63,741 nucleotides of DNA from Candidatus Udaeobacter sp. (GCA_035694525.1 DASSFL010000138.1:1-63741); one strand, 5' to 3'. Shown: positions 1 through 10,973, counted from the first letter of the stretch. The notes: generated from the letters alone by a model not told the origin. Made by a program: numbers and translations.

Positions 1-498
1 CGAAACGCATGCTGCATCAAAGACGCGAATAGCACCGAGTTTGACAAAAACACAAAAGAACCGGTGATCTCGTTGCTGGAAGAACAGCGAGGCGTCAAGA
101 ACAAGGGTGCCAGCATGCGTCTGGGCACATGGCCGACGAAAATCGCCAAAGGCACGCTCGCCGAGAAAATTTACGGCAGTGCCGAAGTGATGGAGCGCCA
201 CCGTCACAGATACGAGTTCAACATGAAATATCGCGACCAGATGAATGAAAGAGGCTTCGTCATTTCCGGTACATCACCGGATGGAACGCTGGCCGAGCTG
301 ATCGAGCTTCGCGATCATCCCTATTTCGTTGGTTGCCAATATCACCCTGAATTCCAAAGCAAGCCGAACAAACCGCACCCGCTTTTCAAAGGATTCATTC
401 AGGCGTGTCTAGAATATCAGAGTTGTGCGACGCGCGCTCCAGGCGATCGAGAATCGCCGCGCCGAGTCCCTGAGGAGGAACTCGTTCTGCAACAATAA
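1..498 (+). CDS. pyrG: CTP synthase, C-terminal glutamine amidotransferase part (5'-truncated by window edge)
   Basis: Reading frame is open from base 1. It carries the GATase motifs HRHRYEFN and GCQYHPEF. The track ORF 64..498 is the tail of this gene. Confidence 0.9.
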   Translation, partial: RNACCIKDANSTEFDKNTKEPVISLLEEQRGVKNKGASMRLGTWPTKIAKGTLAEKIYGSAEVMERHRHRYEFNMKYRDQMNERGFVISGTSPDGTLAELIELRDHPYFVGCQYHPEFQSKPNKPHPLFKGFIQACLEYQSCATRAPGDRESPRRVPEEELVLQQ

Positions 499-1444
499 GA
501 TCGACATCAAGCTCGTCGAGCTCGCGCAAACAACGAAATAAATTCGCAGCGGCTTCGCGTGGTTCTTGTGATTCGCTTAAGTGGCGCGCCGCGACAAAAC
601 GGTCGGCGTTTTCAATCGGGTTCCACGCCAACAACGCGCAACGCTGGTTTGCTTTCACCGAAAAATAATTTGCGTTGTTGATCAGACGAAGCGGAGTTTT
701 CGGTGCGTAGTGCGATGGTAACTGCCCGGGCGCGGTAATTCTCTTCGGCGCCGTAACGATGTCGATCTTGCCAAACCCAGCGAGTTGTTCCGCAGTTACT
801 GGACCGCGGCGCAGGATATCGATCTTACCGTCATGCACGGCGATAATCGTCGATTCAATACCGTGCGTCGTCGGGCCGGCATCAATGATCAGTGGGATGC
901 GTCCGCCAAGTTCGTCAAAAACGTCCTGGGCAGTGGTGGGGCTGATCCGGCCGAACTGATTTGCGCTTGGCGCGGCAAGCGGTTTCTCGAACGCGGAAAT
1001 GATTTCAGCGAAAACCGGATGTGAACTCATTCGCACGGCGACTGTGTCGAGCCCTGCGGTGACGATCTCAGGAACAATCGGCTGCCGATCCAGGACGAGC
1101 GTAAGCGGCCCAGGCCAGAATTGCGCGATGAGTTTTTTGACGTGCGCGCGAGAGCGATTATCGATCTTCGCAACGCGCTTGAGCCAGTCTTCGCCAGGTA
1201 AATGCACAATCAGCGGGTCGAAACGCGGTCGCTCTTTCGCTTCGAAAATTTTTGAGACCGCAACAGGATTGAGCGCATCAGCCGCGAGTCCGTACACGGT
1301 TTCAGTTGGAAGCGCTACCACTTCGCCTTTGCGCAGGAGCTCAACCGCCGCAGCTGTGGCGCGGGCTTCCAGCGCGCTGCGATCGGCAGGATGCCGATGC
1401 GACGAGCGGCAATCATGGATCGCCGCTACAATCTCGGTTTTCAC
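395..1444 (-). CDS. tsaC: L-threonylcarbamoyladenylate synthase (YrdC domain plus Sua5 C-terminal domain)
   Basis: 349 aa. YrdC-type motif [13 protein letters not shown], then a Sua5-like C-terminal half. Its start overlaps the purE stop by 4 nt. Confidence 0.85.
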   Translation of the reverse strand: MKTEIVAAIHDCRSSHRHPADRSALEARATAAAVELLRKGEVVALPTETVYGLAADALNPVAVSKIFEAKERPRFDPLIVHLPGEDWLKRVAKIDNRSRAHVKKLIAQFWPGPLTLVLDRQPIVPEIVTAGLDTVAVRMSSHPVFAEIISAFEKPLAAPSANQFGRISPTTAQDVFDELGGRIPLIIDAGPTTHGIESTIIAVHDGKIDILRRGPVTAEQLAGFGKIDIVTAPKRITAPGQLPSHYAPKTPLRLINNANYFSVKANQRCALLAWNPIENADRFVAARHLSESQEPREAAANLFRCLRELDELDVDLIVAERVPPQGLGAAILDRLERASHNSDILDTPE

Positions 1445-1932
1445 GTTGGCAACTTCGCGGCCAGCACGCTTTCGCTCTGTTTCTTGCGAAATGCTTCCAA
1501 TTTTTGCCGAATCGCTTCGTCAGAAGTAGCCAGAATAGCGCCAGCGAGGAGGGCAGCGTTTTTGGCGCCGGCTTCGCCTATAGCCAGTGTGCCCACCGGG
1601 ATCCCACCAGGCATTTGTGCAGTCGAAAGAAGCGAATCGAGTCCCTGCAACTTCGATTGAATTGGCACTCCTAAAACAGGGAGCCACGTGTGTGCGGCGA
1701 TAACTCCGGCCAAATGGGCCGCACCACCTGCGCCGGCGATGACGACGCGCAACCCACGCGCTGCCGCATTGCGCGCGAACTCCGCGGTCGCGTCCGGTGT
1801 TCGATGTGCGGAGAGAACGCGCGCCTCGTTAGGCACGCCCAGCTCATGGAGCGTCTCGACGGCATGACGCATCGTTTCCCAATCGGATTTACTGCCCATG
1901 ATCACAGCAACTAACGGCTTCAACTCAGGCAT
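1441..1932 (-). CDS. purE: N5-carboxyaminoimidazole ribonucleotide mutase
   Basis: 163 aa. [14 protein letters not shown] and [10 protein letters not shown] motifs are typical of PurE. Confidence 0.9.
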   Translation of the reverse strand: MPELKPLVAVIMGSKSDWETMRHAVETLHELGVPNEARVLSAHRTPDATAEFARNAAARGLRVVIAGAGGAAHLAGVIAAHTWLPVLGVPIQSKLQGLDSLLSTAQMPGGIPVGTLAIGEAGAKNAALLAGAILATSDEAIRQKLEAFRKKQSESVLAAKLPT

Positions 1933-2068
1933 GGGCAGATTTTAGGGCCATTCTGCGAAACGCCAAGTGGCATTGGCATCCAGTCCCCCCACTAGACCGA
2001 CTCGCCGGGGCGAGCCAGTGTCCCATCGGCAGAGATGCCGATACCACGGTTAATGCGATATTGCGCGT

Positions 2069-2617
2069 ATGAATCGCCATGGCCGATCGATTGTCCTCGT
2101 CGGCATGATGGGAGCGGGTAAGTCCGCGGTTGGGCGTTGTTTGCAATGGCGAACAGGTTTTGCGCAATTTGATACAGATGAAATGGTGAGGTCGAAGTTT
2201 GGAATGCCGATTTCGGAAATTTTCTCGACGCACAGCGAAGATAAGTTCCGGGAAGCAGAGACGGAGGCCCTTCGAAATTTATCCCCCGATCAAGGTGCAA
2301 TCATTGTGACTGGCGGCGGAATTGTATTGCGCGAGGAGAACATCGACCTTTTGAAACGATTTGGCGTAGTGGTGTGGCTGGAGGCGGATGAAAAAACGCT
2401 TTTCAAAAGAGCTTCACGCACCGGCGATCGACCGTTGTTGCAACGCAAAAATCCGAGAAAGGCGTTTACCCAAATGTTACGAAGACGCTTGCCACTGTAT
2501 GCAAAGATTGCCGATGTCCGCATCGATACATCGGAGCTTACAGATGAAGAAGTCGCGATAGCAATTTTGAGTAAGTTCAAAACGTATCGTCCCAAATCAG
2601 CGCCGGTTACCGTGTGA
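2069..2617 (+). CDS. aroK: shikimate kinase
   Basis: 182 aa. P-loop VLVGMMGAGKSAVG and overall AroK layout. ATG at 2069. Confidence 0.85.
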   Translation: MNRHGRSIVLVGMMGAGKSAVGRCLQWRTGFAQFDTDEMVRSKFGMPISEIFSTHSEDKFREAETEALRNLSPDQGAIIVTGGGIVLREENIDLLKRFGVVVWLEADEKTLFKRASRTGDRPLLQRKNPRKAFTQMLRRRLPLYAKIADVRIDTSELTDEEVAIAILSKFKTYRPKSAPVTV

Positions 2618-3744
2618 TGACCGAGACAGCTACATATTCAATTGATCGCGAGAGCTCGCCGCTGGAACTGAAACAACGACTGCTCTCATTTGTGCGCGAG
2701 ATTGGTTTTGACTCGTGCCGCATCGCAGCCTGCAGCTCTCCGCCGCATGCAAACGAGTTTCGGCTTTGGCTGCATGACGAAGCACATGGCGAAATGAGTT
2801 ACATGCAGCGTGGGGAAGAAAAGCGCTGCGACCCGGACAAGGTTTTGCCAGGCGCCAGGGCGATTGTTGTCTTGGCGCTGAATTATTTCCAGGGAAGCAG
2901 GAAAACAGGCGACACGCCTGCGGCTGCAGGCAAAATCGCGCGCTATGCCTGGGGCGATGACTATCATGACCTGATCGCAAGTAAGCTCGATAAGATCGAC
3001 GAGTTTCTTCGCGAGTCCGGCGGGCGCCAGAAATGTTATGTCGATACTGGGCCGGTTTTGGAACGCGATTACGCAGCCCAAGCCGGAATCGGTTGGCATG
3101 GCAAGAGCACTATGCTAATCGACGAACACCTAGGGACCTGGTTCTTTCTCGCAGAGGTTTTGACGACTCTCGAACTGCCGTCCGATGAGCCCGTGCCAGA
3201 TCGCTGTGGAACGTGCGAGCGCTGTATCAAAGCCTGCCCCACCGGTGCAATCACGGCCCCACATCGCCTGGATGCACGCCGCTGCATTTCTTATCTGACA
3301 ATTGAACTTAAAAGTTCCATCCCGCTGGAGCTTCGACCGCTGATCGGAGACAGAATTTTCGGTTGCGACGATTGTCTTGATGCCTGCCCATGGAATCGTT
3401 TTGCCCAGGTATCGCGCGAAACAGCGTTCTTCGCGCATCCCTCAACAGTGGGCATACCGCTGCGCGATTATCTCAATTTGAGCGATGATAACTTCCGCGT
3501 GCTTTTTAGGAACTCGCCGATCAAACGGATCAAACGGCGCGGTTTTTTGCGGAACGTCTGCGTCGCATTGGGCAATGTTGGGAAGCCATCCGATTTACCC
3601 GCGCTTGAGCGCGCGGCAGGCGATCTCGAGCCGTTAATCGCGGAGCATGCGAAATGGGCGATTCAGCAGATTCGGTCTCGACACGAAATCAGTGGGGCCG
3701 CATTGGGAGACGAGGCCGGCCTCGTCCAGGGACACCGCAATTAA
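2614..3744 (+). CDS. queG: tRNA epoxyqueuosine(34) reductase
   Basis: 376 aa. Motifs ARYAWGDDYH, CGTCERCIKACPTGA (4Fe-4S) and CISYLTIEL. Overlaps the aroK stop by 4 nt. Confidence 0.9.
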   Translation: MMTETATYSIDRESSPLELKQRLLSFVREIGFDSCRIAACSSPPHANEFRLWLHDEAHGEMSYMQRGEEKRCDPDKVLPGARAIVVLALNYFQGSRKTGDTPAAAGKIARYAWGDDYHDLIASKLDKIDEFLRESGGRQKCYVDTGPVLERDYAAQAGIGWHGKSTMLIDEHLGTWFFLAEVLTTLELPSDEPVPDRCGTCERCIKACPTGAITAPHRLDARRCISYLTIELKSSIPLELRPLIGDRIFGCDDCLDACPWNRFAQVSRETAFFAHPSTVGIPLRDYLNLSDDNFRVLFRNSPIKRIKRRGFLRNVCVALGNVGKPSDLPALERAAGDLEPLIAEHAKWAIQQIRSRHEISGAALGDEAGLVQGHRN

Positions 3745-3784
3745 TTGAATCCAAAGCCGTTCCTCGGCGCATCGTAGAATTGTT

Positions 3785-5221
3785 ATGAACGGGATTTCGT
3801 TTGCAAGAGTCAAACAACCGACTAATTCTGACGTCTTCACCCCGAGAACCCCTCCTCCGATGCATCAAACCGTGAGCACACCTGCGCCCGCGCCTTTGAC
3901 GGTGAAACAGCGTCGTGCCCGGCGTAAAAAGCAAATCATTTACGGATTGATCGCCCTGGTCGTGCTCTGGATCGTCGGTTCGATTATCTGGGGTAAACGG
4001 GAGAAACCGATTCCCGTCACAACGGAGACGGCGATTCGCAAAACCATCATGCAAACGGTTTCGGCAACCGGGAAAATACAACCTGAGATTGAAGTCAAGA
4101 TTTCGCCTGAAGTTGCCGGCGAAATCACTGAATTGCCCGTCGATGACGGGATGCGAGTCAAAAAAGGCGACCTGCTGCTGAAAATTAAGCCTGACTCCTA
4201 CAAGGCGCTTCTCGAACAACAAGAGGCGGCGATCAGCGCAGCGAAAGCGACCAATCTTCAGCAAAAAGCGACGATGATGAAGACGGAGCACGACCTCAAA
4301 CGGGCCGAAGACTTGTTCAACAAAAAGCTGATCTCAGAGCAGGAATACAACGCGGGGCAAGCAGCCTATGACGTTGCCAAAAACACTTATGAAAGTTCGC
4401 TCCACGAAATCGAACGCGCGGAGGCAAGCTCGAGCCAGGCACGCGATCAACTCTCCAAGACCACGATTTATTCACCGCTGGACGGAACGATCACCATTTT
4501 AAACAGCAAACTCGGGGAACGTTTGGTTGCCACAGGGCAATTTGCCGGCACAGAAGTGATGCGCGTAGCCGACCTCACCCATATGCAGGCTATTGTCGAT
4601 GTGAACGAGAATGATGTGGTGAACGTCAAGCTCGGCGACAAAGCCAGCGTGAAAATCGACGCTTACGGCGATCGCAAGTTTAAAGGCGTGGTGCAGCAGA
4701 TCGCCAATACCGGAAAAACGACTGGCTCAGGCACGCAGGAGGAAGTAACAAATTTCGAGGTGAAAATTCGCATTGACGATCACGATGTGTCCTTGCGTCC
4801 TGCGCTCAGTTGTACCGCGGACATCCGAACCAACGAGGTCAAAGATGTCGTGGCCGTGCCGATGCAGGCCGTAACCATTCGCACGGGTGAGAGCAATTTG
4901 AGTCCAGAAGAAATCGAGAAGAAAAAGCAGAAGGTCGCGCAGCGGGACAAAGGCGACAACAACGCGGAGTTCGTCGACGGACATGCGGAAAAGGCGGCGC
5001 AGAAAGAAGAACGCGAAAAACTCGCCAAGGTCGTGTTCCTGAAAAAGGGCGGCAAGGCGGAGATGGTGAAAGTGACGACTGGCATTTCCGATGACACCTA
5101 CACGGAAATCAAGAGTGGCATTCAGGCTGGCGACGAGGTGATCTCGGGGAGTTACAGCGCGATCAGCCGGAAGTTGAAGGAGGGAGCGAAGGTAGCCCTC
5201 GACAAAGAAGGAATGAAATAG
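3785..5221 (+). CDS. efflux transporter periplasmic adaptor (HlyD/MacA family)
   Basis: 478 aa. N-terminal TM anchor, coiled-coil middle region and beta-barrel C-terminus. First gene of the adaptor-ATPase-permease-permease operon. Start uncertain (3785 or the internal Met at 3860). Confidence 0.8.
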   Translation: MNGISFARVKQPTNSDVFTPRTPPPMHQTVSTPAPAPLTVKQRRARRKKQIIYGLIALVVLWIVGSIIWGKREKPIPVTTETAIRKTIMQTVSATGKIQPEIEVKISPEVAGEITELPVDDGMRVKKGDLLLKIKPDSYKALLEQQEAAISAAKATNLQQKATMMKTEHDLKRAEDLFNKKLISEQEYNAGQAAYDVAKNTYESSLHEIERAEASSSQARDQLSKTTIYSPLDGTITILNSKLGERLVATGQFAGTEVMRVADLTHMQAIVDVNENDVVNVKLGDKASVKIDAYGDRKFKGVVQQIANTGKTTGSGTQEEVTNFEVKIRIDDHDVSLRPALSCTADIRTNEVKDVVAVPMQAVTIRTGESNLSPEEIEKKKQKVAQRDKGDNNAEFVDGHAEKAAQKEEREKLAKVVFLKKGGKAEMVKVTTGISDDTYTEIKSGIQAGDEVISGSYSAISRKLKEGAKVALDKEGMK

Positions 5222-5248
5222 TCTCGACGAGCGACTATCGAGGTTGCG

Positions 5249-5995
5249 ATGGAAACTCGAAATTCAGTCAGACCGCTTGGCGGGGTCGTGATCGACATTG
5301 AAAACATCACCAAAGATTACGTCATGGGCGAGGAAGTTGTGCGTGCGCTGCGCGGCGTGACCTTGCAGATACGCCGCAACGAATACATCGCGATCATGGG
5401 GCCGAGCGGTAGCGGTAAATCGACGCTAATGAACATGCTCGGCTGCCTCGATACCCCCACTTCCGGCCGCTACGAATTCAGCGGCAAAAACGTTGCCGAA
5501 ATGGATGACGACGAGCTCGCAGCCGTTCGCAATCGGGAGATTGGTTTCGTATTTCAAACGTTCAACCTGCTGCCAAGATCGACATCACTACGTAACGTCG
5601 AACTGCCGCTCATCTATGCAGGAATCGATCCCGAACGGCGCGAAGCGCGCGCGACCCAGGTGCTGGCAGATGTAGGCCTGGGCGATCGTATTCATCACAG
5701 ACCCAATGAACTTTCCGGCGGCCAACGTCAGCGCGTGGCCATCGCGCGCGCTCTCGTGAACGGACCATCAATTATTCTAGCCGATGAGCCGACCGGTAAT
5801 CTCGATTCCAAAACCGGTGATGAAATCATGGAGTTGTTGGAGAATTTATATCAGAGCGGCAACACAATTATCCTCGTCACGCATGAACGAGACATCGCCG
5901 CCCACGCGCGTCGCACGGTGCACTTGCGCGACGGACTCATCGAGATGGACCACGTGGGATTTATTCCCGAGCTCGACCTCCCGGTTGCAGGATAA
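5249..5995 (+). CDS. ABC transporter ATP-binding protein (MacB/LolD type)
   Basis: Walker [10 protein letters not shown], signature LSGGQRQR, Walker [12 protein letters not shown]. Confidence 0.9.
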   Translation: METRNSVRPLGGVVIDIENITKDYVMGEEVVRALRGVTLQIRRNEYIAIMGPSGSGKSTLMNMLGCLDTPTSGRYEFSGKNVAEMDDDELAAVRNREIGFVFQTFNLLPRSTSLRNVELPLIYAGIDPERREARATQVLADVGLGDRIHHRPNELSGGQRQRVAIARALVNGPSIILADEPTGNLDSKTGDEIMELLENLYQSGNTIILVTHERDIAAHARRTVHLRDGLIEMDHVGFIPELDLPVAG

Positions 5996-6001
5996 CCCCA
6001 C

Positions 6002-7252
6002 ATGAAACGCTTTCTCTACGAGCTGAGCGAAAGCTGGAAAATCGCCGCCGCGCAAATGCGCTCGAATCTGACACGTTCAACGCTCACGGCGCTCGGCGTT
6101 ATTATCGGCATTATTGCCGTCACGTTGATGGGCACCGCCGTGAACGGGATATCCGTAGGTTTCGATAAAAGCATGGCCGTGCTCGGCGATGACGTTCTCT
6201 ACGTTACGCAATGGCCGTGGAAGCCCGTGGACGATTGGTGGAATTACCGCGACCGCAAGAAAATCAAAACCGAATACGCAGAGACCTTGAACCGGATGAT
6301 CGCGGCAACCCCGAACTCGAACCTGGTCGTCGCAGTACCGACATCGAATTTGACGCGATCCGTGAAATATGGCGGTAATCAGGTGGACAACGTCTTCGTT
6401 CTCGGGACAACGTCCGATTTCATCGTCACATCGACGATCGATTGCGCGGTGGGGCGATTTTTCAACGAACTCGAATCGCGCGGCGGCGCCAATGTTGTCG
6501 TGATCGGCTATGACGTAGCCGACGCGCTTTTCCCCTCCGAGAGCCCGATTGATAAATCGGTGCTGATTAACGGTCAGTTGTTCAAAGTCATTGGCGTAAA
6601 CACGCGACAGGGCACCTTTCTCGGTTTGTTCAGTTGGGACTCAATGGTCGCGATGCCGCTCGGCGCGTTTAACAAATATTTCTCGGCCAAGAGCGAATCG
6701 GATGCGCGCGTAAAAGTAAAAGACAAAACCAAACTCGCCGAGGCCAAGGACGAGCTTACCGGTTTGATGCGGCGCGTGCGTGGATTGCCGCCGGAGAAGA
6801 AGGACGATTTCTCGATCAACGAACAGCAGGCCTTCAAAAGCACACTGGATCCAGTGAAGAACTCAATTGCCATTGCCGGCCTGTTTATCACCGGCTTGTC
6901 GCTCTTTGTGGGCGCCATCGGCATTATGAACATCACGTTTGTTAGCGTGAAGGAGCGCACGAAAGAAATCGGAACGCGCAAGGCGCTCGGCGCGCGACGA
7001 CGAACGATCCTGCTGCAATTCCTGATCGAATCGACAGCGCTTTGTCTCCTCGGCGGATTTATCGGCCTCGCGTTTGCTTATCTGATGTGCTTCGGGATCG
7101 GCAAAGCTTTCCCCTCTTTTCCCATTCATTTCTCGGTTGGTCTGGTGCTCGTCAGCATGATCGTCTCAATATTGACCGGCTTGTTCTCGGGATTCGCGCC
7201 GGCTTGGACAGCGTCACGGCTCGATCCAGTCGCCGCGCTTAGATACGAGTAA
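6002..7252 (+). CDS. ABC transporter permease (FtsX/MacB-type with periplasmic domain)
   Basis: 416 aa. One N-terminal TM helix, a large periplasmic domain, and the C-terminal FtsX block ending ...LDPVAALRYE. Confidence 0.85.
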   Translation: MKRFLYELSESWKIAAAQMRSNLTRSTLTALGVIIGIIAVTLMGTAVNGISVGFDKSMAVLGDDVLYVTQWPWKPVDDWWNYRDRKKIKTEYAETLNRMIAATPNSNLVVAVPTSNLTRSVKYGGNQVDNVFVLGTTSDFIVTSTIDCAVGRFFNELESRGGANVVVIGYDVADALFPSESPIDKSVLINGQLFKVIGVNTRQGTFLGLFSWDSMVAMPLGAFNKYFSAKSESDARVKVKDKTKLAEAKDELTGLMRRVRGLPPEKKDDFSINEQQAFKSTLDPVKNSIAIAGLFITGLSLFVGAIGIMNITFVSVKERTKEIGTRKALGARRRTILLQFLIESTALCLLGGFIGLAFAYLMCFGIGKAFPSFPIHFSVGLVLVSMIVSILTGLFSGFAPAWTASRLDPVAALRYE

Positions 7253-7257
7253 TCGAA

Positions 7258-8499
7258 ATGTTATTCAGTGAGATCGTCAAGATGGCCGCGGCGTCGCTCG
7301 GCGCGAATAAACTCCGCTCCGCCCTGACAATGTTGGGCATCACCATCGGTGTCTTCTCAGTGATTTCAGTCATGACAGCTATCGGCGCATTACAGTACTC
7401 GATCGAGAATGGCATTAGCTTTCTTGGCTCCAACATTTTTCAGTTTGCCAAGTATCCTGCCAATGTCAGCGCGAGTGGCGACGTCACGGAAAAATTTCGC
7501 AACCGTCACAACATCACCTATAAGCAGGCGCTGCATTATTACCGATTAATGGAAGGCGAGGCCCGCGAGATTTGCCTTAAAAGTTTTGGTTACGAAGTAA
7601 AAGGGCAGGCGGTCTACAACGGGATCAAGACAACGCCGAATCTTCTCATAGTGGGAACCAACAAAAGTTTTCTCACTGCGAATGCTCACACACTCGGTTA
7701 TGGCCGCAATCTAAACGATGAAGACGTCGAGTTTTCGCGGCGCGTGATCGTCGTTGGAAAGATGGTTGAGAAAAGACTGTTCCCGCACGAAACGCCGATC
7801 GGAAAAGTCATTCGCATGAGTGGACACACCTATACGATCGTCGGCGTGCTCGCCGAAAAGGGAACGGCCTTTGGCCAAAGCCAGGACGACGTCGTTCTCA
7901 TGCCCATCACGCGCTTTTTCGAGGATTACGGCGAAGCGAAACGCACGGTCAACATCGCGACACAAGCGTTCACGCAAGACACTTACAATCGTACGTTCGA
8001 TCGCGCCATCGGCGCCATGCGAATCGCGCGTGGTTTGCGCCCCGACCAACCGAACGATTTCGAGATCTACAGCAACGACTCGCTCAAGAGCGCGTTCGTT
8101 AATGTGGCGGGATACGTTCGAGTGGGCGCGTTCGTCATAAGTTTCATCGCGCTGGTGGCAGCTGGAATCGGCATCATGAATATCATGCTGGTGAGCGTGA
8201 CTGAACGCACAAAGGAAATTGGCGTTCGCAAGTCGATTGGTGCCCGAAGCTACGATATTTTGCGGCAATTCTTGACCGAGGCTGTTTTCATTTCCGAAGC
8301 GGGCGGCATTCTGGGAATCATTTTCGGGATCATCGCCGGCGATCTGCTGGCGATGTGGCTCAAAGTAGACCTGATTTTCCCTTACGGCTGGGCTCTTGCC
8401 GGTCTTCTTGTCTGCTCCGCAATCGGGATCGGTTTCGGTCTTTACCCGGCATATCGCGCGGCCAACCTCGATCCGATCGAGGCGCTGCGATATGAATAA
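7258..8499 (+). CDS. ABC transporter permease (FtsX/MacB-type), paralogue of the preceding gene
   Basis: 413 aa with the same architecture. Ends ...LDPIEALRYE. Confidence 0.85.
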   Translation: MLFSEIVKMAAASLGANKLRSALTMLGITIGVFSVISVMTAIGALQYSIENGISFLGSNIFQFAKYPANVSASGDVTEKFRNRHNITYKQALHYYRLMEGEAREICLKSFGYEVKGQAVYNGIKTTPNLLIVGTNKSFLTANAHTLGYGRNLNDEDVEFSRRVIVVGKMVEKRLFPHETPIGKVIRMSGHTYTIVGVLAEKGTAFGQSQDDVVLMPITRFFEDYGEAKRTVNIATQAFTQDTYNRTFDRAIGAMRIARGLRPDQPNDFEIYSNDSLKSAFVNVAGYVRVGAFVISFIALVAAGIGIMNIMLVSVTERTKEIGVRKSIGARSYDILRQFLTEAVFISEAGGILGIIFGIIAGDLLAMWLKVDLIFPYGWALAGLLVCSAIGIGFGLYPAYRAANLDPIEALRYE

Positions 8500-8557
8500 T
8501 CACGCTTGCCGGGCTCTCACTTGTGCTCTTGTTCATAGTTCGTCGAATCGTAATTGG

Positions 8558-9235
8558 ATGATCTCCACGCCACTTTCTCGTCAAGGTGTTACAACAAAAG
8601 CGGTTATCTTCGACATGGGTGGAGTATTGATCGATTTGCACTCCGACGAAGCAGCACGCGAACTGATGGAACAACATGGCCTTTCGCCGCACACCTTTGC
8701 TCGGCTCACACGTTCTTCTTTTGAGTCACATCCGAGGAGTGTTACCGAATTGGCAATGCTTGGGAAGATCGAAACCGCAACCTACTTGGACGCGTTCCTA
8801 CGCGAATGCAGCGTTAAGGATCCTGAACGTTTGCGGGCGAATCGGCTTTCCCTCGTTGGACGTGAGCGACAAGACGTTCTCACGATTGTGGAACACCTAA
8901 AGCAAGCAGGCCTGAAATGCTGCGTGCTATCAAACACGATCGCTCTCCATTGGGAGAGATTAAACTCAGCGCGCGAGTATCCGTTCTTAGAACTTTTCGA
9001 TCATATTTTCGCTTCCCACCTGATCGGATGCGCAAAGCCAGAGAACGAAGCGTTTTCGTTCGTAGCGAACGCGCTAACGGTTCAGATGTCGGAATGTCTT
9101 TTAGTCGACGACACGCTGCTGAATGTCGAAAGAGCGAAGGCCGTCGGCTGGCGTGGCATCTTATTTTGCGGCATAGCCCAATTGCAACGAGATCTTAATG
9201 ATCTTTTCCAGCCTATTCCAAACCGAGCGCCTTGA
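8558..9235 (+). CDS. HAD-superfamily hydrolase (subfamily IA-like)
   Basis: Motif I region KAVIFDMGGVL, later LSNT and a C-terminal VDD motif. Start uncertain (Met at 8558, or ATG 8492 overlapping the permease stop). The 3' end overlaps convergent purB by 23 nt. Confidence 0.7.
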   Translation: MISTPLSRQGVTTKAVIFDMGGVLIDLHSDEAARELMEQHGLSPHTFARLTRSSFESHPRSVTELAMLGKIETATYLDAFLRECSVKDPERLRANRLSLVGRERQDVLTIVEHLKQAGLKCCVLSNTIALHWERLNSAREYPFLELFDHIFASHLIGCAKPENEAFSFVANALTVQMSECLLVDDTLLNVERAKAVGWRGILFCGIAQLQRDLNDLFQPIPNRAP

Positions 9236-10508
9236 ACGTGGCATCGACGTGTTTGAAATGAATGTCGAACGAGCAAAGCCGATCGATTTCCTCTGGTGAA
9301 AGTCTCGCAGTGATTTCTAGTTCGTGTTTTGCGTTTTCGGCAAATGTCCCCTCGCCTTTCCAGGTTTTCATTGCGGCGCGCTGCACCGCTTCATAGGCAG
9401 CTTTGCGTTCCGCGCCCGCACTTGTGAGGGCAAGTAGGATCGACTGGCTAAAATACAGACCCTTCGTCATGGCGAGATTTTGTTGCATCCGTTCGGGATA
9501 AACCTGCAGTTTTTCGACAACGTCCCGCAACTTCGTCAACATGTAGTCAAGCAGGATGCATGAGTCCGGAAGAATAATTCGTTCGGCGCTGGAGTGACTG
9601 ATGTCGCGCTCATGCCAGAGAGCGACATTTTCCAACGCCACAACAGCGTTGCCGCGAATGACGCGCGCCAGGCCGCTCAATCGTTCGCTGGTAATGGGAT
9701 TGCGCTTGTGGGGCATCGCCGAGCTGCCTTTTTGCCCTTCGCCAAAAAATTCTTCCACTTCCAGCACTTCAGTCCGCTGAAGATGACGAAATTCAGTCGC
9801 CCAACGGTCAATGCTGGAGGCGATCACGGCGAGCGTGGTCATAAACTCAGCGTGCCGGTCGCGCTGCACGATCTGGGTGGAAAGCGTCGCCGGCTTTAAT
9901 CCAAGTTTCTCACATACCGTTCGCTCGATCTTTGGATCGATATGCGCGTGCGTGCCGACCGCGCCGCTTATCTTCCCGACTCGAATCCGCTCACGCGTCT
10001 GTGTAAGACGTTCTTCCCCGCGGCCGAATTCGTCATACATCAGCGCAAGTTTCAGGCCGAACGTGATCGGCTCGGCATGCACACCGTGGCTGCGCCCGAT
10101 CATCGGGGTCATTTTGAATCTCCGGGCCTGGTTCGCGATGGCCGTTCGCAGAGATTTCAGATCGGCCAAGAGAAGCTCACACGACTCAGTGAGCTGCACG
10201 GCCAGCGTCGTATCCAAAATGTCTGACGACGTAAGCCCCTGGTGAATCCATCGCGCCGCCGGCCCGACCAACCCGGCAACGTTTTCGAGAAAAGCAATGA
10301 CGTCGTGATTCGTCCGTCTCTCGATCTCCAGGATCTCTGGGATCGAAAATCGCGCGCGCCTCCGAATCTCGGCAGCGTCCTCCTTCGGAATTTGGCCAAG
10401 TTCTGCCATCGCCTCGCAGGCGAGAACCTCGATATCCAGCCAAATCTGAAATTTGCGCTCGTCCGACCAGATCTTGCTCATTTCTGGTCGGGAATAACGA
10501 TCGATCAC
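9213..10508 (-). CDS. purB: adenylosuccinate lyase
   Basis: 431 aa. N-terminus MIDRYSRPEMSKIWSDE... and the fumarate-lyase signature region SSAMPHKRNP. Confidence 0.95.
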   Translation of the reverse strand: MIDRYSRPEMSKIWSDERKFQIWLDIEVLACEAMAELGQIPKEDAAEIRRRARFSIPEILEIERRTNHDVIAFLENVAGLVGPAARWIHQGLTSSDILDTTLAVQLTESCELLLADLKSLRTAIANQARRFKMTPMIGRSHGVHAEPITFGLKLALMYDEFGRGEERLTQTRERIRVGKISGAVGTHAHIDPKIERTVCEKLGLKPATLSTQIVQRDRHAEFMTTLAVIASSIDRWATEFRHLQRTEVLEVEEFFGEGQKGSSAMPHKRNPITSERLSGLARVIRGNAVVALENVALWHERDISHSSAERIILPDSCILLDYMLTKLRDVVEKLQVYPERMQQNLAMTKGLYFSQSILLALTSAGAERKAAYEAVQRAAMKTWKGEGTFAENAKHELEITARLSPEEIDRLCSFDIHFKHVDATFKALGLE

Positions 10509-10784
10509 CGTATAAACATAAAGTTTCAGCGATAATTTCCAAAGTGAAATCGCAAGGCAAGCGTACAGTGGAACTCACAGTAGGCCGGGCAGCTTCGCTG
10601 CCAACGCACGCCTTTCCAATTCACGTCAACGCCCGGCAAGCGAAGCGCTTGGCCTTGGGCATACACTTCACGTCCTCTGAATTCTGAATCAGGGCGCAGT
10701 CTCCCAAACCGACGGTTGATGTGTCGGGACTAAGCCAAAACAGCCGACACCCGCCCGAGGCGGGCCACTACAGAATTCGCTCGG

Positions 10785-10973
10785 CTAACAAACGCGAGCG
10801 CGCAGGAAGCGTCCGTTATCTTGCAGACGCACCCGGCCGCTGGCGAAAAGGTCTGCAACGGTTGCGACCGTCTCTCTGCTGCTACTCGCGCACGAGCTGA
10901 CTGCCAGGATGAGATCACCCAGTGACAGGCCCGAGAATTTTCGTGGCTTTAAAATTTGCCTATTTCTTTTCAT
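10785..10973 (-). CDS. small hypothetical protein (62 aa), tentative
   Basis: Internal ATG of track ORF 10785..11057 (MKRNRQILKPRKF...GRVRLQDNG...). It lies in an otherwise non-coding 740-nt gap with an AT-rich stretch upstream. No family recognised. Confidence 0.25.
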   Translation of the reverse strand: MKRNRQILKPRKFSGLSLGDLILAVSSCASSSRETVATVADLFASGRVRLQDNGRFLRARVC

